DNA of 64,000 bases from assembly GCA_042296865.1 (NCBI GenBank), contig CP170178.1, forward strand, positions 2,446,162-2,510,161, in the 5' to 3' direction. The position numbers and the translations under genes are program-made. The notes under the pieces are model-generated. The model worked only from the letters and a program-made list of their open reading frames with translations, was not told the DNA's origin and ran no database searches. Positions 40,129 through 48,940 of this stretch are shown piece by piece; positions within the stretch are counted from its first letter, which is position 1, and each line of letters opens with the position of its first letter. This DNA is from Candidatus Bathyarchaeia archaeon (GTDB lineage Archaea; Thermoproteota; Bathyarchaeia; Bathyarchaeales; Bathycorpusculaceae).

Positions 40129-41418
40129 ATGGTTAAACGTAAACTTCGTGAACCCTTAGAAGACCGCAAAGGCAACTTGTATTTTGACGGTTTCTCCGTT
40201 AAGGAATTAGCGCAAAAGTATGATACTCCACTTTACGTGATAAGCGAGAAGCGAATCCGCGAAAACTACAACCGACTACATGACGCCCTAGCAGCCAAAT
40301 ACAAGGATCTACGCATCTATTACGCTTGCAAGGCAAACACTAACCTTACCGTGCTAAAGATTTTGCAGTCCGAAGGCGCATATCTTGACACAGTCAGCCC
40401 CGGCGAGGTTTTCATGGGTTTAAGCAGCGGCTACACACCAGACCGCATACTCTTCACTGGAACAAGCGTCCGCGATGACGAACTAAAATTCCTTGCCGGC
40501 ACAGGCATCACTGTAAACATTGACAGCCAAAGCGAACTTGACCGCTTACTCAAAATCGCTGTTCCCCCAATCATTTCCGTCCGAGTTAACCCAGAAGTCG
40601 GCGCTGGACACCATGACCACTGCATCACTGCTGGTCCACAAACAAAGTTTGGACTCTGGGAAGAAGAAGCCCTAAAAGCGTACGCTACTGCAAAGAAGGC
40701 GCGAGTTGAACGCTTCGGTATCCACATGCACATTGGCTCGGGCATCTTAAAGATTGACCCTTACGTTCAAGCTGTAGAAAAGTTTTTGAGCATCGCTAAG
40801 CGGGTTCACGACGAGTTGGGCGTAGACTTTGAATTTATTGATTTAGGCGGCGGTTTGGGGGTTCCTTATCAGCCAAAGGATAAGGATCTGGACTTGTCAG
40901 AGTTTGCTATCAAAGTGGTTTCAATGTTCAAGACTAAGGTGAAAGAGTACAATTTAGGCAAACCGTTCCTGTGCATTGAACCTGGCAGGTACCTGGTTTG
41001 TGACGCAAGCATCCTGCTAACCATAGTTAACACGGTAAAGGTTACGCCTCACCGCAAATTCCTCGGCGTAGACGCAGGCTTCAACACGCTTGTGCGCCCA
41101 GCAATGTACGGTTCATACCATCCAATACTGGTAGCTGACAAGCTTGACTCAAAGGAAACAGACACTTTTGATGTTGCTGGCCCCATCTGCGAGTCAGGCG
41201 ACCTTTTAGCTAAGGACCGCGAATTGCCGCTTGTGAATGAAGGCGACGTTTTAGCGGTTCTTAACGCTGGCGCTTACGGTTACAGCATGAGTTCTCAATA
41301 CAATTCTCGTCCAAGAGCGGCTGAGGTAATGGTTCGTCAGGGAAAAACTGTATTAGTCAGGGAGCGAGAGCAACTTCAAGACTTGCTGACAAGTCAACGG
41401 ATGGCACAAAGTGAGTAA
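40129..41418 (+). CDS. lysA: Diaminopimelate decarboxylase
   Basis: YACKAN PLP-Lys motif, DLGGGLGVPY and CESGD. ATG 40129 preferred; the track ORF starts at TTG 40108. Confidence 0.9.
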   Translation: MVKRKLREPLEDRKGNLYFDGFSVKELAQKYDTPLYVISEKRIRENYNRLHDALAAKYKDLRIYYACKANTNLTVLKILQSEGAYLDTVSPGEVFMGLSSGYTPDRILFTGTSVRDDELKFLAGTGITVNIDSQSELDRLLKIAVPPIISVRVNPEVGAGHHDHCITAGPQTKFGLWEEEALKAYATAKKARVERFGIHMHIGSGILKIDPYVQAVEKFLSIAKRVHDELGVDFEFIDLGGGLGVPYQPKDKDLDLSEFAIKVVSMFKTKVKEYNLGKPFLCIEPGRYLVCDASILLTIVNTVKVTPHRKFLGVDAGFNTLVRPAMYGSYHPILVADKLDSKETDTFDVAGPICESGDLLAKDRELPLVNEGDVLAVLNAGAYGYSMSSQYNSRPRAAEVMVRQGKTVLVREREQLQDLLTSQRMAQSE

Positions 41419-41419
41419 T

Positions 41420-42253
41420 ATGCAGTTTTGGAAAATGCACGGGTTAGGAAACGACTACATAGTAATCGATAACCGAGACGACAAGATAGGTGACCAAAAA
41501 GCCGCAGAGTTAGCTAAGAAGCTTTGCACTCGCAGGTTTTCTGTGGGCGCTGACGGGCTCTTGCTTGTTTGCACCTCGAAGGTTGCTGACGTGAAAATGC
41601 GGATTTTCAACGTTGACGGTAGCGAAGCGGAAATGTGCGGTAACGGCATCCGCTGCTTTAGCAAGTACTGTTACGAAAACGGGGTTGTGAAGAAGTCTGA
41701 GTTTAAGGTTGAAACCCTCGGCGGCGTCAAGAACATTTGGCTGAACCTTCAAGGTGACGAAGTTGCATCGGTTAAAGTGGATATGGGTGCGCCAAACTGG
41801 GAACGCAAATCTTTGCCGATGGCTGGCGAAGGCACCTGCATCAACTGCAGTTTAATGGTTGACGAAGAATCCTACAACATAACAGCATTGTCAATGGGTA
41901 ACCCGCACTGCGTAATCTTTGTTGAAACCGTTGATGAAACACCCGTCGAATATGTTGGTCCAATGGTGGAAAACCATGAAGCTTTCCCCAACCGAACCAA
42001 CGTGGGCTTTGTCCAAGTTATAAGCAAGAATGAACTGAAAGTGCGTGTTTGGGAACGTGGCTGCGGTGAAACGCTTGCGTGTGGCACTGGAACCTGCGCT
42101 GCCGTGGCTGCCGCAAACAGGCTGGGCAAGGTGGGCAACAAAGTTACTGTTCACGTGCTCGGCGGCGACTTGCATGTTGAAGTTGGCAAAAGCCTGTTTC
42201 TGATTGGTCCTGCCGAGAAGGTTTACCAAGGCACACTATTTGGAGAAAACTAA
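41420..42253 (+). CDS. dapF: Diaminopimelate epimerase
   Basis: HGLGNDY, CGNGIRC and ACGTG catalytic cysteine motifs. ATG 41420 lies 1 nt after the lysA stop. Confidence 0.9.
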   Translation: MQFWKMHGLGNDYIVIDNRDDKIGDQKAAELAKKLCTRRFSVGADGLLLVCTSKVADVKMRIFNVDGSEAEMCGNGIRCFSKYCYENGVVKKSEFKVETLGGVKNIWLNLQGDEVASVKVDMGAPNWERKSLPMAGEGTCINCSLMVDEESYNITALSMGNPHCVIFVETVDETPVEYVGPMVENHEAFPNRTNVGFVQVISKNELKVRVWERGCGETLACGTGTCAAVAAANRLGKVGNKVTVHVLGGDLHVEVGKSLFLIGPAEKVYQGTLFGEN

Positions 42254-42254
42254 A

Positions 42255-43415
42255 TTGAACTTTGAATACGCTCAAAGAATCAAACGTTTACCACCCTACC
42301 TGTTTGCTGAAATAGAGAAAATGCAGAATGAAAAGAAAGCTCAAGGCGTCGATTTAATTTCGCTGAGCATTGGTGACCCTGACTTGCCACCGCCGGATTT
42401 TGTGGTGGATGCGCTTGCTAAAGAAGCTTCAAACCAGAAAAATCATAATTACTCGTTTAGTCAAGGTGAACCTGACTTCCGCGAAGCAGTTTCCCGTTGG
42501 TACAAGAACCGGTTCGGTGCGGATGTTGCACATGATCAAGTGGTGGCTTTGTTGGGTTCTAAGGAGGGTCTTGCAAACATTGCCCGCGCCTTCATCAATC
42601 CTGGTGACAAGGTGCTTGTTCCTGACCCAGCTTACCCAGTGTACGCTAACGGCAGCACGATTCTATGTGACGGAGATGCTGTGCCGATGCCTATGCTTGA
42701 AGACAACAATTTCCAGCCCGACTTAAACGCCATTGACCCACAAAACGCCAAAATGATGTTCTTAAACTACCCAAATAATCCCACCGCCGCAACCGTTGAC
42801 AAAGCTTTCCTTAAAGAAGCTGTGGACTTTGCCAAAGACAACAATATCATCTTATGTTATGACAATGCTTACTCGGAAATTACCTACGACGGTTACCGCG
42901 CCCCAAGCATCCTTGAGATTCCAGGCGCCGAAGAAGTCGCAATTGAATTTCACTCGCTTAGCAAAACGTTTAACATGACAGGTGACCGCATCGCGTTTGC
43001 CGTCGGCAATAAGCAGCTTGTGGCTGGCTTAACAAAAATCAAGTCCCAAATCGATTCTGGACCACCCGTTTACACCCAAAAAGTTGCCGTAGCAGCGCTT
43101 GGTGTTTACAAGAGCAGTGACCAACCAGAATTCCTGCGCAAAAACAATCAAATAATGCAAGAACGCCGTGACCTGCTTGTTGACACGTTGGCAAAAATTG
43201 GTTACCCCTGCAAGGCGCCTAAAGCAACCTTTTACGTGTGGGTAAACTGCAAGGGCGACTCAATGAAGTTTACGGCTAAACTGCTTGACGTCGGCGTGGC
43301 TGTAACGCCCGGCGTTGGGTTTGGCAAGTATGGTGAAGGCTACATACGCATGACGTTTACGCAGCCAAAAGAACGCATAAAAGAAGCCTGCAGCCGCATC
43401 GCAAGCGCCTTCTAA
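42255..43415 (+). CDS. dapL: LL-diaminopimelate aminotransferase (class I/II aminotransferase)
   Basis: RLPPYLFAEIEK N-terminus, the NPT motif, and SLSKTFNMTGDRIAF PLP-Lys motif. Last gene of the dap operon. Start is uncertain: TTG 42255 (2 nt after the dapF stop) or TTG 42204 (track). Confidence 0.75.
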   Translation: MNFEYAQRIKRLPPYLFAEIEKMQNEKKAQGVDLISLSIGDPDLPPPDFVVDALAKEASNQKNHNYSFSQGEPDFREAVSRWYKNRFGADVAHDQVVALLGSKEGLANIARAFINPGDKVLVPDPAYPVYANGSTILCDGDAVPMPMLEDNNFQPDLNAIDPQNAKMMFLNYPNNPTAATVDKAFLKEAVDFAKDNNIILCYDNAYSEITYDGYRAPSILEIPGAEEVAIEFHSLSKTFNMTGDRIAFAVGNKQLVAGLTKIKSQIDSGPPVYTQKVAVAALGVYKSSDQPEFLRKNNQIMQERRDLLVDTLAKIGYPCKAPKATFYVWVNCKGDSMKFTAKLLDVGVAVTPGVGFGKYGEGYIRMTFTQPKERIKEACSRIASAF

Positions 43416-43430
43416 CCCTCTTTTTTACTG

Positions 43431-43525
43431 TTTTTTAACATATTAATGGCGCTTTTTTCAGCCAATACTGACCTACCCCCCTTAGGTTTTTACATAGAAC
43501 CTCTAATAGGTGCCTTAGAACCAAA
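43431..43525 (+). repeat. Intergenic repeat family, copy C (core ACCTACCCCCCTTAGG at 43471-43486)
   Basis: Begins about 15 nt after the dapL stop. The left arm TTTTTTAACATATTAATGGC and right arm CCTCTAATAGGTGCCTTAGAACC align with copy A. Confidence 0.6.
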
Positions 43526-43546
43526 TTTTTTGGCTATTTTACGCCT

Positions 43547-44392
43547 TCAAACTTTTCTTTTTTTATGTTTCAAAAATGCGGTTAAAAGAACTGTGAACAG
43601 TATCAATGGAAACACAGACCAGCTGGGTATTTCTGGGATTGGGTTTGCTTCAATTATGTGCACAAGTGGTTGCGTATCAACAGCCCACCCTGTTTCGTAT
43701 GGTGTATCCCAAATTCCGGTTGCGTTGATTTCTTTAGCTTCTGGGTACTTGGCGGTGTAATTGCTGTAATAGTTGCGTTCTATAACTGGTGCTGTTGAAA
43801 GCCAAACTATAATATCGTTATTTATCAAGTTATTTTTTGTTATAACGCTGGCAGTGCCTTTGCAGTAATCAATGGAGATGGCGTTTGCGTTGTTTTCAAA
43901 AGTGTTTGAAGTGATAAGGTTGTTTTCAGAGCCAATCACAAAAATGCCCGAGTCACAACCTGTGATGTAATTATTGTCGAAAACATTATTCTTAGAATTG
44001 GTACAGGATATGCCTGCTGCAAAGTTTGTTATGCAAAAATTTGTTATAGTTACGTTGTTTATTCTTGCGCGTGATGGGTCTGCGCCGGAACCGTTCGATA
44101 AATCAAACGCTGAACCTGAACCATTTCCCTCAATAGTGTAGCCTCCTCCGTCAAGTATAATGTTGCTTCTTTGGATCTGAATGCTTCCTGAAAGGTTACC
44201 TGTCAAAGTGTACGTGTCTGCTTGTTTTAGGATTTGGTTTGTTCCTTTAACGCTTCCGTCAGGTTTGATAAAAACTGTTGAATCATTCTGTGCTGAAACA
44301 GTTTGAACGTTAATGAATACCGCTAATGCAAGTACAAGAATGGATGCAGTTGCTAATGCGTTTTTCATGAATAACTGGTAAAAAACTTTCAC
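43547..44392 (-). CDS. NosD-like parallel beta-helix surface protein with C-terminal PEI-TM-basic anchor
   Basis: 281 aa. Signal peptide, repeated N.I..N blocks, NYYSNY...GIWDTPY motif, and tail IPEIPSWSVFPLILFTVLLTAFLKHKKRKV. Confidence 0.7.
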   Translation of the reverse strand: MKVFYQLFMKNALATASILVLALAVFINVQTVSAQNDSTVFIKPDGSVKGTNQILKQADTYTLTGNLSGSIQIQRSNIILDGGGYTIEGNGSGSAFDLSNGSGADPSRARINNVTITNFCITNFAAGISCTNSKNNVFDNNYITGCDSGIFVIGSENNLITSNTFENNANAISIDYCKGTASVITKNNLINNDIIVWLSTAPVIERNYYSNYTAKYPEAKEINATGIWDTPYETGWAVDTQPLVHIIEANPIPEIPSWSVFPLILFTVLLTAFLKHKKRKV

Positions 44393-44447
44393 ATAAAAGA
44401 ATATTCGTCAAATTTTCTTGACTAACCAGTTACTGGTGTAAGAGAGG

Positions 44448-44735
44448 TTACTCTTGGGGTTCTTGTTTGTTTTGGTTTTTTGTTTTCCAGTCTTCCCGCA
44501 ATTTTTTTGCCATGTTGCCGTCTTCAAGTATGACTGGTCCTCGGTAGCCGCAGTTGTGGCAGTCCCAAATTGACCAGAACTGGGGCATGCCTTGTGCCCA
44601 GTAAACGTCGTCTGAGCCGCATTTTGGGCAGTACTTGATTGAGAAAAGTTTTGATTTTTTACTTGTTGTTTCTGGCAAACTGGTTTCCCTGCTTACTATG
44701 TTTTGGTTGTTTATTGAATTAAAACATTTTTCCAA
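44448..44735 (-). CDS. Small zinc-ribbon protein
   Basis: 95 aa. CPKCGS...CHNCG. Confidence 0.5.
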   Translation of the reverse strand: MEKCFNSINNQNIVSRETSLPETTSKKSKLFSIKYCPKCGSDDVYWAQGMPQFWSIWDCHNCGYRGPVILEDGNMAKKLREDWKTKNQNKQEPQE

Positions 44736-44853
44736 ATCTCGTCAAGGGATTGACTTTTTTGAAATGAATTGTGAATGGGCTCGTCTGTAAACCCTGCTAC
44801 ACGCTTACTTACAATATCAAAGGCTACCACAAGATTACATAAGGCGTTAAGAA

Positions 44854-45318
44854 ATGGAAAAACCTCCCTACGCTGGCAAGGTAGTTAAAACACTTGCACT
44901 CATTGCTCTTATTACAGTAACAAGCATTTCGCTTGCTTGTGCAATAGACAAACAAAATTACTCTATGAGACCAGTTCCGGAAAGCCTTGTTATACGTAAC
45001 CAAGGCGTGACTGTAAGCAACGGACAATACAACATTTCCTATTCAATAAATGCGCAGGAATCTTCGACAATTGAAAAAATTCTCATAAAACAAGCCAACA
45101 TTACCGACCCAACCACAAATGTTGCAGTCAATAAAGTAACCATTTACATTAACGGCACCACCATGAAGACAACAAGCCAACTGAATTACCAGCTAAACAG
45201 CGGTAGCAGCCTTCAACTAAACATCATTATCCCCTGCACAGCAACCAGCTCAAACCAAACGTCCCTAACAATCTATGCATCTAAAGCAATGTATTACATA
45301 GATACGGTGCTTCCATAA
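44854..45318 (+). CDS. Secreted/anchored hypothetical protein
   Basis: 154 aa. N-terminal hydrophobic segment LALIALITVTSISLACA and several NxT/S sequons. Confidence 0.5.
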   Translation: MEKPPYAGKVVKTLALIALITVTSISLACAIDKQNYSMRPVPESLVIRNQGVTVSNGQYNISYSINAQESSTIEKILIKQANITDPTTNVAVNKVTIYINGTTMKTTSQLNYQLNSGSSLQLNIIIPCTATSSNQTSLTIYASKAMYYIDTVLP

Positions 45319-45332
45319 TCAATTCTTCGTAT

Positions 45333-45427
45333 GCTTTTGATTGAAAAAGCGTCATTAGAACCTACCCCCCTATAGGTTTTCTGCATAGATTAAATATTAG
45401 GCCCCAAATAGGCTGCTAATAGACTGT
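45333..45427 (+). repeat. Intergenic repeat family, copy D (core ACCTACCCCCCTATAGG at 45360-45376)
   Basis: Preceded by hairpin GCTTTT-gattg-AAAAGC. The right arm matches copies B and E. Confidence 0.6.
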
Positions 45428-45457
45428 TTTATATATGGTGCATTGAACTGCATTGTT

Positions 45458-45577
45458 ATGTCTGATTTAGCTCCGAATTGTCCTTGCCCAAAACGAAGCT
45501 GCCAACTCCACGGCAACTGCACCGAATGCGTAAGGTATCATAAAGAAAGAAACGAGATGCCCTACTGTTCAAGATAA
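45458..45577 (+). CDS. 39-aa Cys-rich micro-protein (not in ORF track)
   Basis: Hand translation MSDLAPNCPCPKRSCQLHGNCTECVRYHKERNEMPYCSR. It has six Cys and two His in a metal-binding-like arrangement. The stop lies 2 nt from the convergent ccsA-like gene. Confidence 0.4.
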   Translation: MSDLAPNCPCPKRSCQLHGNCTECVRYHKERNEMPYCSR

Positions 45578-45579
45578 CC

Positions 45580-45975
45580 TTAAAAAGAATGAAGTCCAAA
45601 GGTGACAAACGAAACCAGAATTGTTGCCGCCACCAAAACGCATGCGGCAAGAGCAAACCATTTAGCGACTCCACGTTTACCCTCAAAAAACATTATTGTT
45701 GATGCTGAAACCGACAGGAAGAGCAGCAGGGTTGAGGTTTCTTTTGGATCCCATGACCAGTAGCTGCCCCATGCTGTTTGAGCCCAAAGCATGCCTGAAG
45801 CCAACCCCAGAAAAGTAAAAAGCCAAGCTGCCAAACCAAAAACGCCCGTTAACTTCTTCTTTTTAAACCCCTTAATCAGTATGGCAGCTGCAAAAAGGAA
45901 AACAAAAACGTAACCAACAATAGCTAACGTGGGATGAATGTAAAGCATTACTGAATCTAGTTCGTGGCTGCTCAT
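45580..45975 (-). CDS. Minimal CcsA/ResC-like heme-handling (WWD-domain) membrane protein, 131 aa, about 4 TM
   Basis: [13 protein letters not shown] (nt 45739-45771) is close to the CcsA tryptophan-rich motif. Flanking His residues in [11 protein letters not shown] and the C-terminal GLHSF. ATGA-type 4-nt overlap with the upstream CxxCH gene. Confidence 0.6.
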   Translation of the reverse strand: MSSHELDSVMLYIHPTLAIVGYVFVFLFAAAILIKGFKKKKLTGVFGLAAWLFTFLGLASGMLWAQTAWGSYWSWDPKETSTLLLFLSVSASTIMFFEGKRGVAKWFALAACVLVAATILVSFVTFGLHSF

Positions 45976-46778
45976 GCTGGTTTCTTTGCCCTCATTTTAA
46001 TAACAACAAAAACCGCTATGCCTAAAACCGCAAAAGCCACCACTGCCAAGATTGCTATGATTGTCCAGTCAAAAGCTTCTGGTTCCTCCACGTCGGGCGT
46101 TGTTGTTTGGGTTGGCAAGGTTGTCTGGGTTGATGGTGCTGTTTGGGTTGTGGATGGTGAAGGAGTTTGTTGGTTTGTGGTTGAGGGGGTGTTTGTTGGG
46201 TTTACTGTTGAGGTGGGGGCTGGTGTTGATGAAGGTTGTGAGGGAGTAGGTGTGTATGTTGGCGGTGTAGGTGTGGGGAAGGGCGGAGGCGTTCCTGTGG
46301 GTGAACCAACTGTGAGTAACTGTGCAGGAGAGTAGGCGTCGGAGAAGGCGCTATAGTGAGAGTTGTAACCTGAGGCTTGAATATCCAAGTAGTCGTAACC
46401 TTCTGAAGTTGCTGTTATTTGCCATGTTGCAGTAGCGGTTCCCGGTTTTAGGGTACCGACACTGTAAGTGGGATTGCTTACTTGGAAGTGGCCAAAGGTT
46501 GAACGAAGCGTTAAAGAAACACTGCCTATATCGGTATAAATTGGCGAATTAACCTCGTTTTGAATAACCACTTTTACGGTAACAGTTTGGTTAACGTTTA
46601 ACGTTGAAGGCAGTTGGTTGCCTCTGTCACCTTCCAGAATGTCAAGGTACTGGTGATACCCCTTTGAACTGTGGCAGCTTGTGCAGGGTTCATTTGAACG
46701 GCTAAAGGTTAACGGAGAAAAAACTAAAGCTAAAACAGTCAACGTTAAGATTAGCACTATTACTGTTAACTTTTTCAA
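45972..46778 (-). CDS. Surface-tethered protein with one CxxCH motif, beta-sandwich domain, P/T/Q linker and C-terminal PEAF-TM-basic anchor (candidate monoheme c-type cytochrome)
   Basis: 268 aa. Signal peptide, then CTSCH at nt 46671-46685. Linker [28 protein letters not shown].... Tail [38 protein letters not shown]. Confidence 0.6.
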   Translation of the reverse strand: MKKLTVIVLILTLTVLALVFSPLTFSRSNEPCTSCHSSKGYHQYLDILEGDRGNQLPSTLNVNQTVTVKVVIQNEVNSPIYTDIGSVSLTLRSTFGHFQVSNPTYSVGTLKPGTATATWQITATSEGYDYLDIQASGYNSHYSAFSDAYSPAQLLTVGSPTGTPPPFPTPTPPTYTPTPSQPSSTPAPTSTVNPTNTPSTTNQQTPSPSTTQTAPSTQTTLPTQTTTPDVEEPEAFDWTIIAILAVVAFAVLGIAVFVVIKMRAKKPA

Positions 46779-46893
46779 ATGGACTCTTCCAGTTACTCTA
46801 ATGGCATGAGCTTTTCTTTATCAAACAAAAGCAAATACTTAATCCTTTTCAAAAAACATAAAAAAGAAAAAAAACAATGCAAGCACCAATAAC

Positions 46894-47148
46894 GTGACAT
46901 CAATGCCCAAACATGCACACATTGAAGCGCAAAAAAGACTAAAAATTCAACGGCACTTCTGGAACATCGTCGGTTCAGCAGAGCACATAAACATTCCTAA
47001 ACTGCAAGACGCCATACGCAAAGAATTTCGCACCTTAGACAACCGCCTGATTGATGCTCAGATTAGGCTTATGCAGTCAGAATGCAAAATCAGGGTTGAA
47101 GAAAAGGTTAAGGTGTGGATAAAGCAGCCTGTTTCTTTAGATGATTAA
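46894..47148 (+). CDS. Hypothetical protein
   Basis: 84-aa ORF, basic and helical-looking. No family recognised. Confidence 0.4.
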   Translation: MTSMPKHAHIEAQKRLKIQRHFWNIVGSAEHINIPKLQDAIRKEFRTLDNRLIDAQIRLMQSECKIRVEEKVKVWIKQPVSLDD

Positions 47149-47156
47149 GTGCAGGT

Positions 47157-47624
47157 TTAGTGGGGGATTTTTTTGGTTATGTGCAGGTCGATGGCTGCCA
47201 TAAAAATGAAGGGTAAGGCTAAATAGAATATGGCAAAGGCTGTGTTGCTAACTGCTTGTGTGCAGATGCTTGGGATTATCTGGTTTGGGTTTGTAAGGTC
47301 TAATCCGTTACTGTTTAACTGGTTGATTATGGCTGTGCTTGCTATTGTTAAGCCTAAACTGATTAGGAATTGGATAGAAACGCGTTTTTCTTTTCCAAAT
47401 ATTAACCTTGAAATGATTGTGGACAAAACAAATGTCCATGCAAAAGAGAAGATGAAAACTGCTAGACCCATGCTGCTGCTTAGCGTTGTCGCAAGTAAAG
47501 GGTTGGTTGTGCCCAGTGCGGTTATGATTGTGGATAGGGCTGTTTGGGTGAAGATTTGGTAGCTGAGCATCAGAAAGTATGCTAAAGCCAGGTAAGCTAT
47601 GGTTCTTGTTAGTTTTCTGGCCAA
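47157..47624 (-). CDS. Integral membrane protein (about 4 TM)
   Basis: 155 aa, hydrophobic throughout. No family recognised. Confidence 0.5.
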   Translation of the reverse strand: MARKLTRTIAYLALAYFLMLSYQIFTQTALSTIITALGTTNPLLATTLSSSMGLAVFIFSFAWTFVLSTIISRLIFGKEKRVSIQFLISLGLTIASTAIINQLNSNGLDLTNPNQIIPSICTQAVSNTAFAIFYLALPFIFMAAIDLHITKKIPH

Positions 47625-47748
47625 ACTGCTTCACTGCACAAGGGTTGGCTTCATGTTTTATAATTGTTGCTCACTGATTGTTACCTTTTTTGTGACAACC
47701 GTTGGGTAGCAAGCGCGCCTAAACATTTCCCCCAACAAATTGAACAAA

Positions 47749-48096
47749 CTATTTTTTGCTTTTGCCCCTGAAATCTTCAGGGTTAACCTGAACTCTTTTC
47801 CCATCCTTAATCACATAAAACTGAAAATCATACTCGTCACAGTACTTCTTTATGTCCCAATACTCTTTTTCGTTAACCCTAAACAAGTCTTCAGTTGCAA
47901 CCTGGCAAATGCGCGTTAAACATCCAGATTTTTTCGCAACAACATCAGGCGTGTATGGACCAACTTTGTCGGGTTTCTTCCAACCTTCAAGGTTCGCGTT
48001 GACTTCCCACTTTTCTTTCTTGAGGCTTTCTGCAATTTCTAAAACGCAAGCGTCACGGGATTGTTCATCTTTTTTCTTGCTCAACAAAAACACCAC
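47749..48096 (-). CDS. Hypothetical cytoplasmic protein
   Basis: 115 aa. TPDVVAKK...ICQVATE faintly resembles a degenerate PD-(D/E)xK core, which is not enough to call. Confidence 0.45.
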   Translation of the reverse strand: MVFLLSKKKDEQSRDACVLEIAESLKKEKWEVNANLEGWKKPDKVGPYTPDVVAKKSGCLTRICQVATEDLFRVNEKEYWDIKKYCDEYDFQFYVIKDGKRVQVNPEDFRGKSKK

Positions 48097-48142
48097 TCAA
48101 CTATAGAAGTAAAAAGAAAATATAAATAAAAACAAAAACCTG

Positions 48143-48817
48143 TTAAGCAAACAGTTTTCTTGATTTCATAATCAGCAGGACACCGATTAACAGCAACACT
48201 ACGCCCACTGGAAGCAGAATGTACGGTAAAGTTCCGTAAAGAGGTATTCTGGAACCCAACTGGATATCTGCATCTATACCGTTTGAAGCGTCAGCGTTCA
48301 TTATTACAAGCATGCCTGTTCTGCCTAGACTGCTTGGACTGCAATAAAGCGTTGCCGCACTGGATGTTATAACGGTGTCAAGAAATATTTCTGTTGACAT
48401 CGGCATAACTGGGTATTGCGCGTTTACGATTTGGACGTTTGTAATGTTCAATGAAGCCGTAAATGCTTGTGCACGATAATTCCATCCGTAAGCAGGCGCC
48501 GCATACCTGTAATTGCCTGTGTAAGCGTTGACTGTTTCCATTGCGCCCCAACCAGCGAAGACTTCTTTATCTGAATCGGTGGAAATGACCCATTTTAGAC
48601 GTGCTTCAGATACGGGTGCGCCAACCCAGATCGCAAAAGCGTTTGAATCCGTCTCGATGTGGTACGTGTTGCTTAAAGCGTAGCCTTCAAAATCGTTGCC
48701 CGTGTTTAGGTACATTATGACTCCGCCTGCGATTAGGGCAACTCCGCCGAGAAGCAGCATTAAAACGCTGACTATTATCAGCAAGATTCTCTTTTTTGAA
48801 GCATTCAAATCAGCCAT
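48143..48817 (-). CDS. Hypothetical protein with TM helices at both termini and an extracytoplasmic middle domain
   Basis: 224 aa. N-terminal ILLIIVSVLMLLLGGVALIAGGVIM and C-terminal LPYILLPVGVVLLLIGVLLIMKSRK. Confidence 0.55.
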   Translation of the reverse strand: MADLNASKKRILLIIVSVLMLLLGGVALIAGGVIMYLNTGNDFEGYALSNTYHIETDSNAFAIWVGAPVSEARLKWVISTDSDKEVFAGWGAMETVNAYTGNYRYAAPAYGWNYRAQAFTASLNITNVQIVNAQYPVMPMSTEIFLDTVITSSAATLYCSPSSLGRTGMLVIMNADASNGIDADIQLGSRIPLYGTLPYILLPVGVVLLLIGVLLIMKSRKLFA

Positions 48818-48940
48818 TCCCCATTAACCAAGCATACAAATATTCTGGATAAAAACTTTATCTAAACACAAAAAATTTCAGTCAAAAAACCTGTTAATAT
48901 GCGTAAAACATATTTTATAGCTTTTCAAATTAAGGTAGTA

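Noticed and set aside
43446-43760. 104-aa plus-strand ORF starting inside repeat copy C.
   Set aside because: It runs through the repeat and then antisense to the beta-helix gene 43547-44392. It has no SD and an implausible composition.
45964-46335. 123-aa Gly/Val-rich plus-strand ORF, together with 46061-46249.
   Set aside because: It is the antisense reading of the P/T linker of the CxxCH protein, so it is a compositional artefact.
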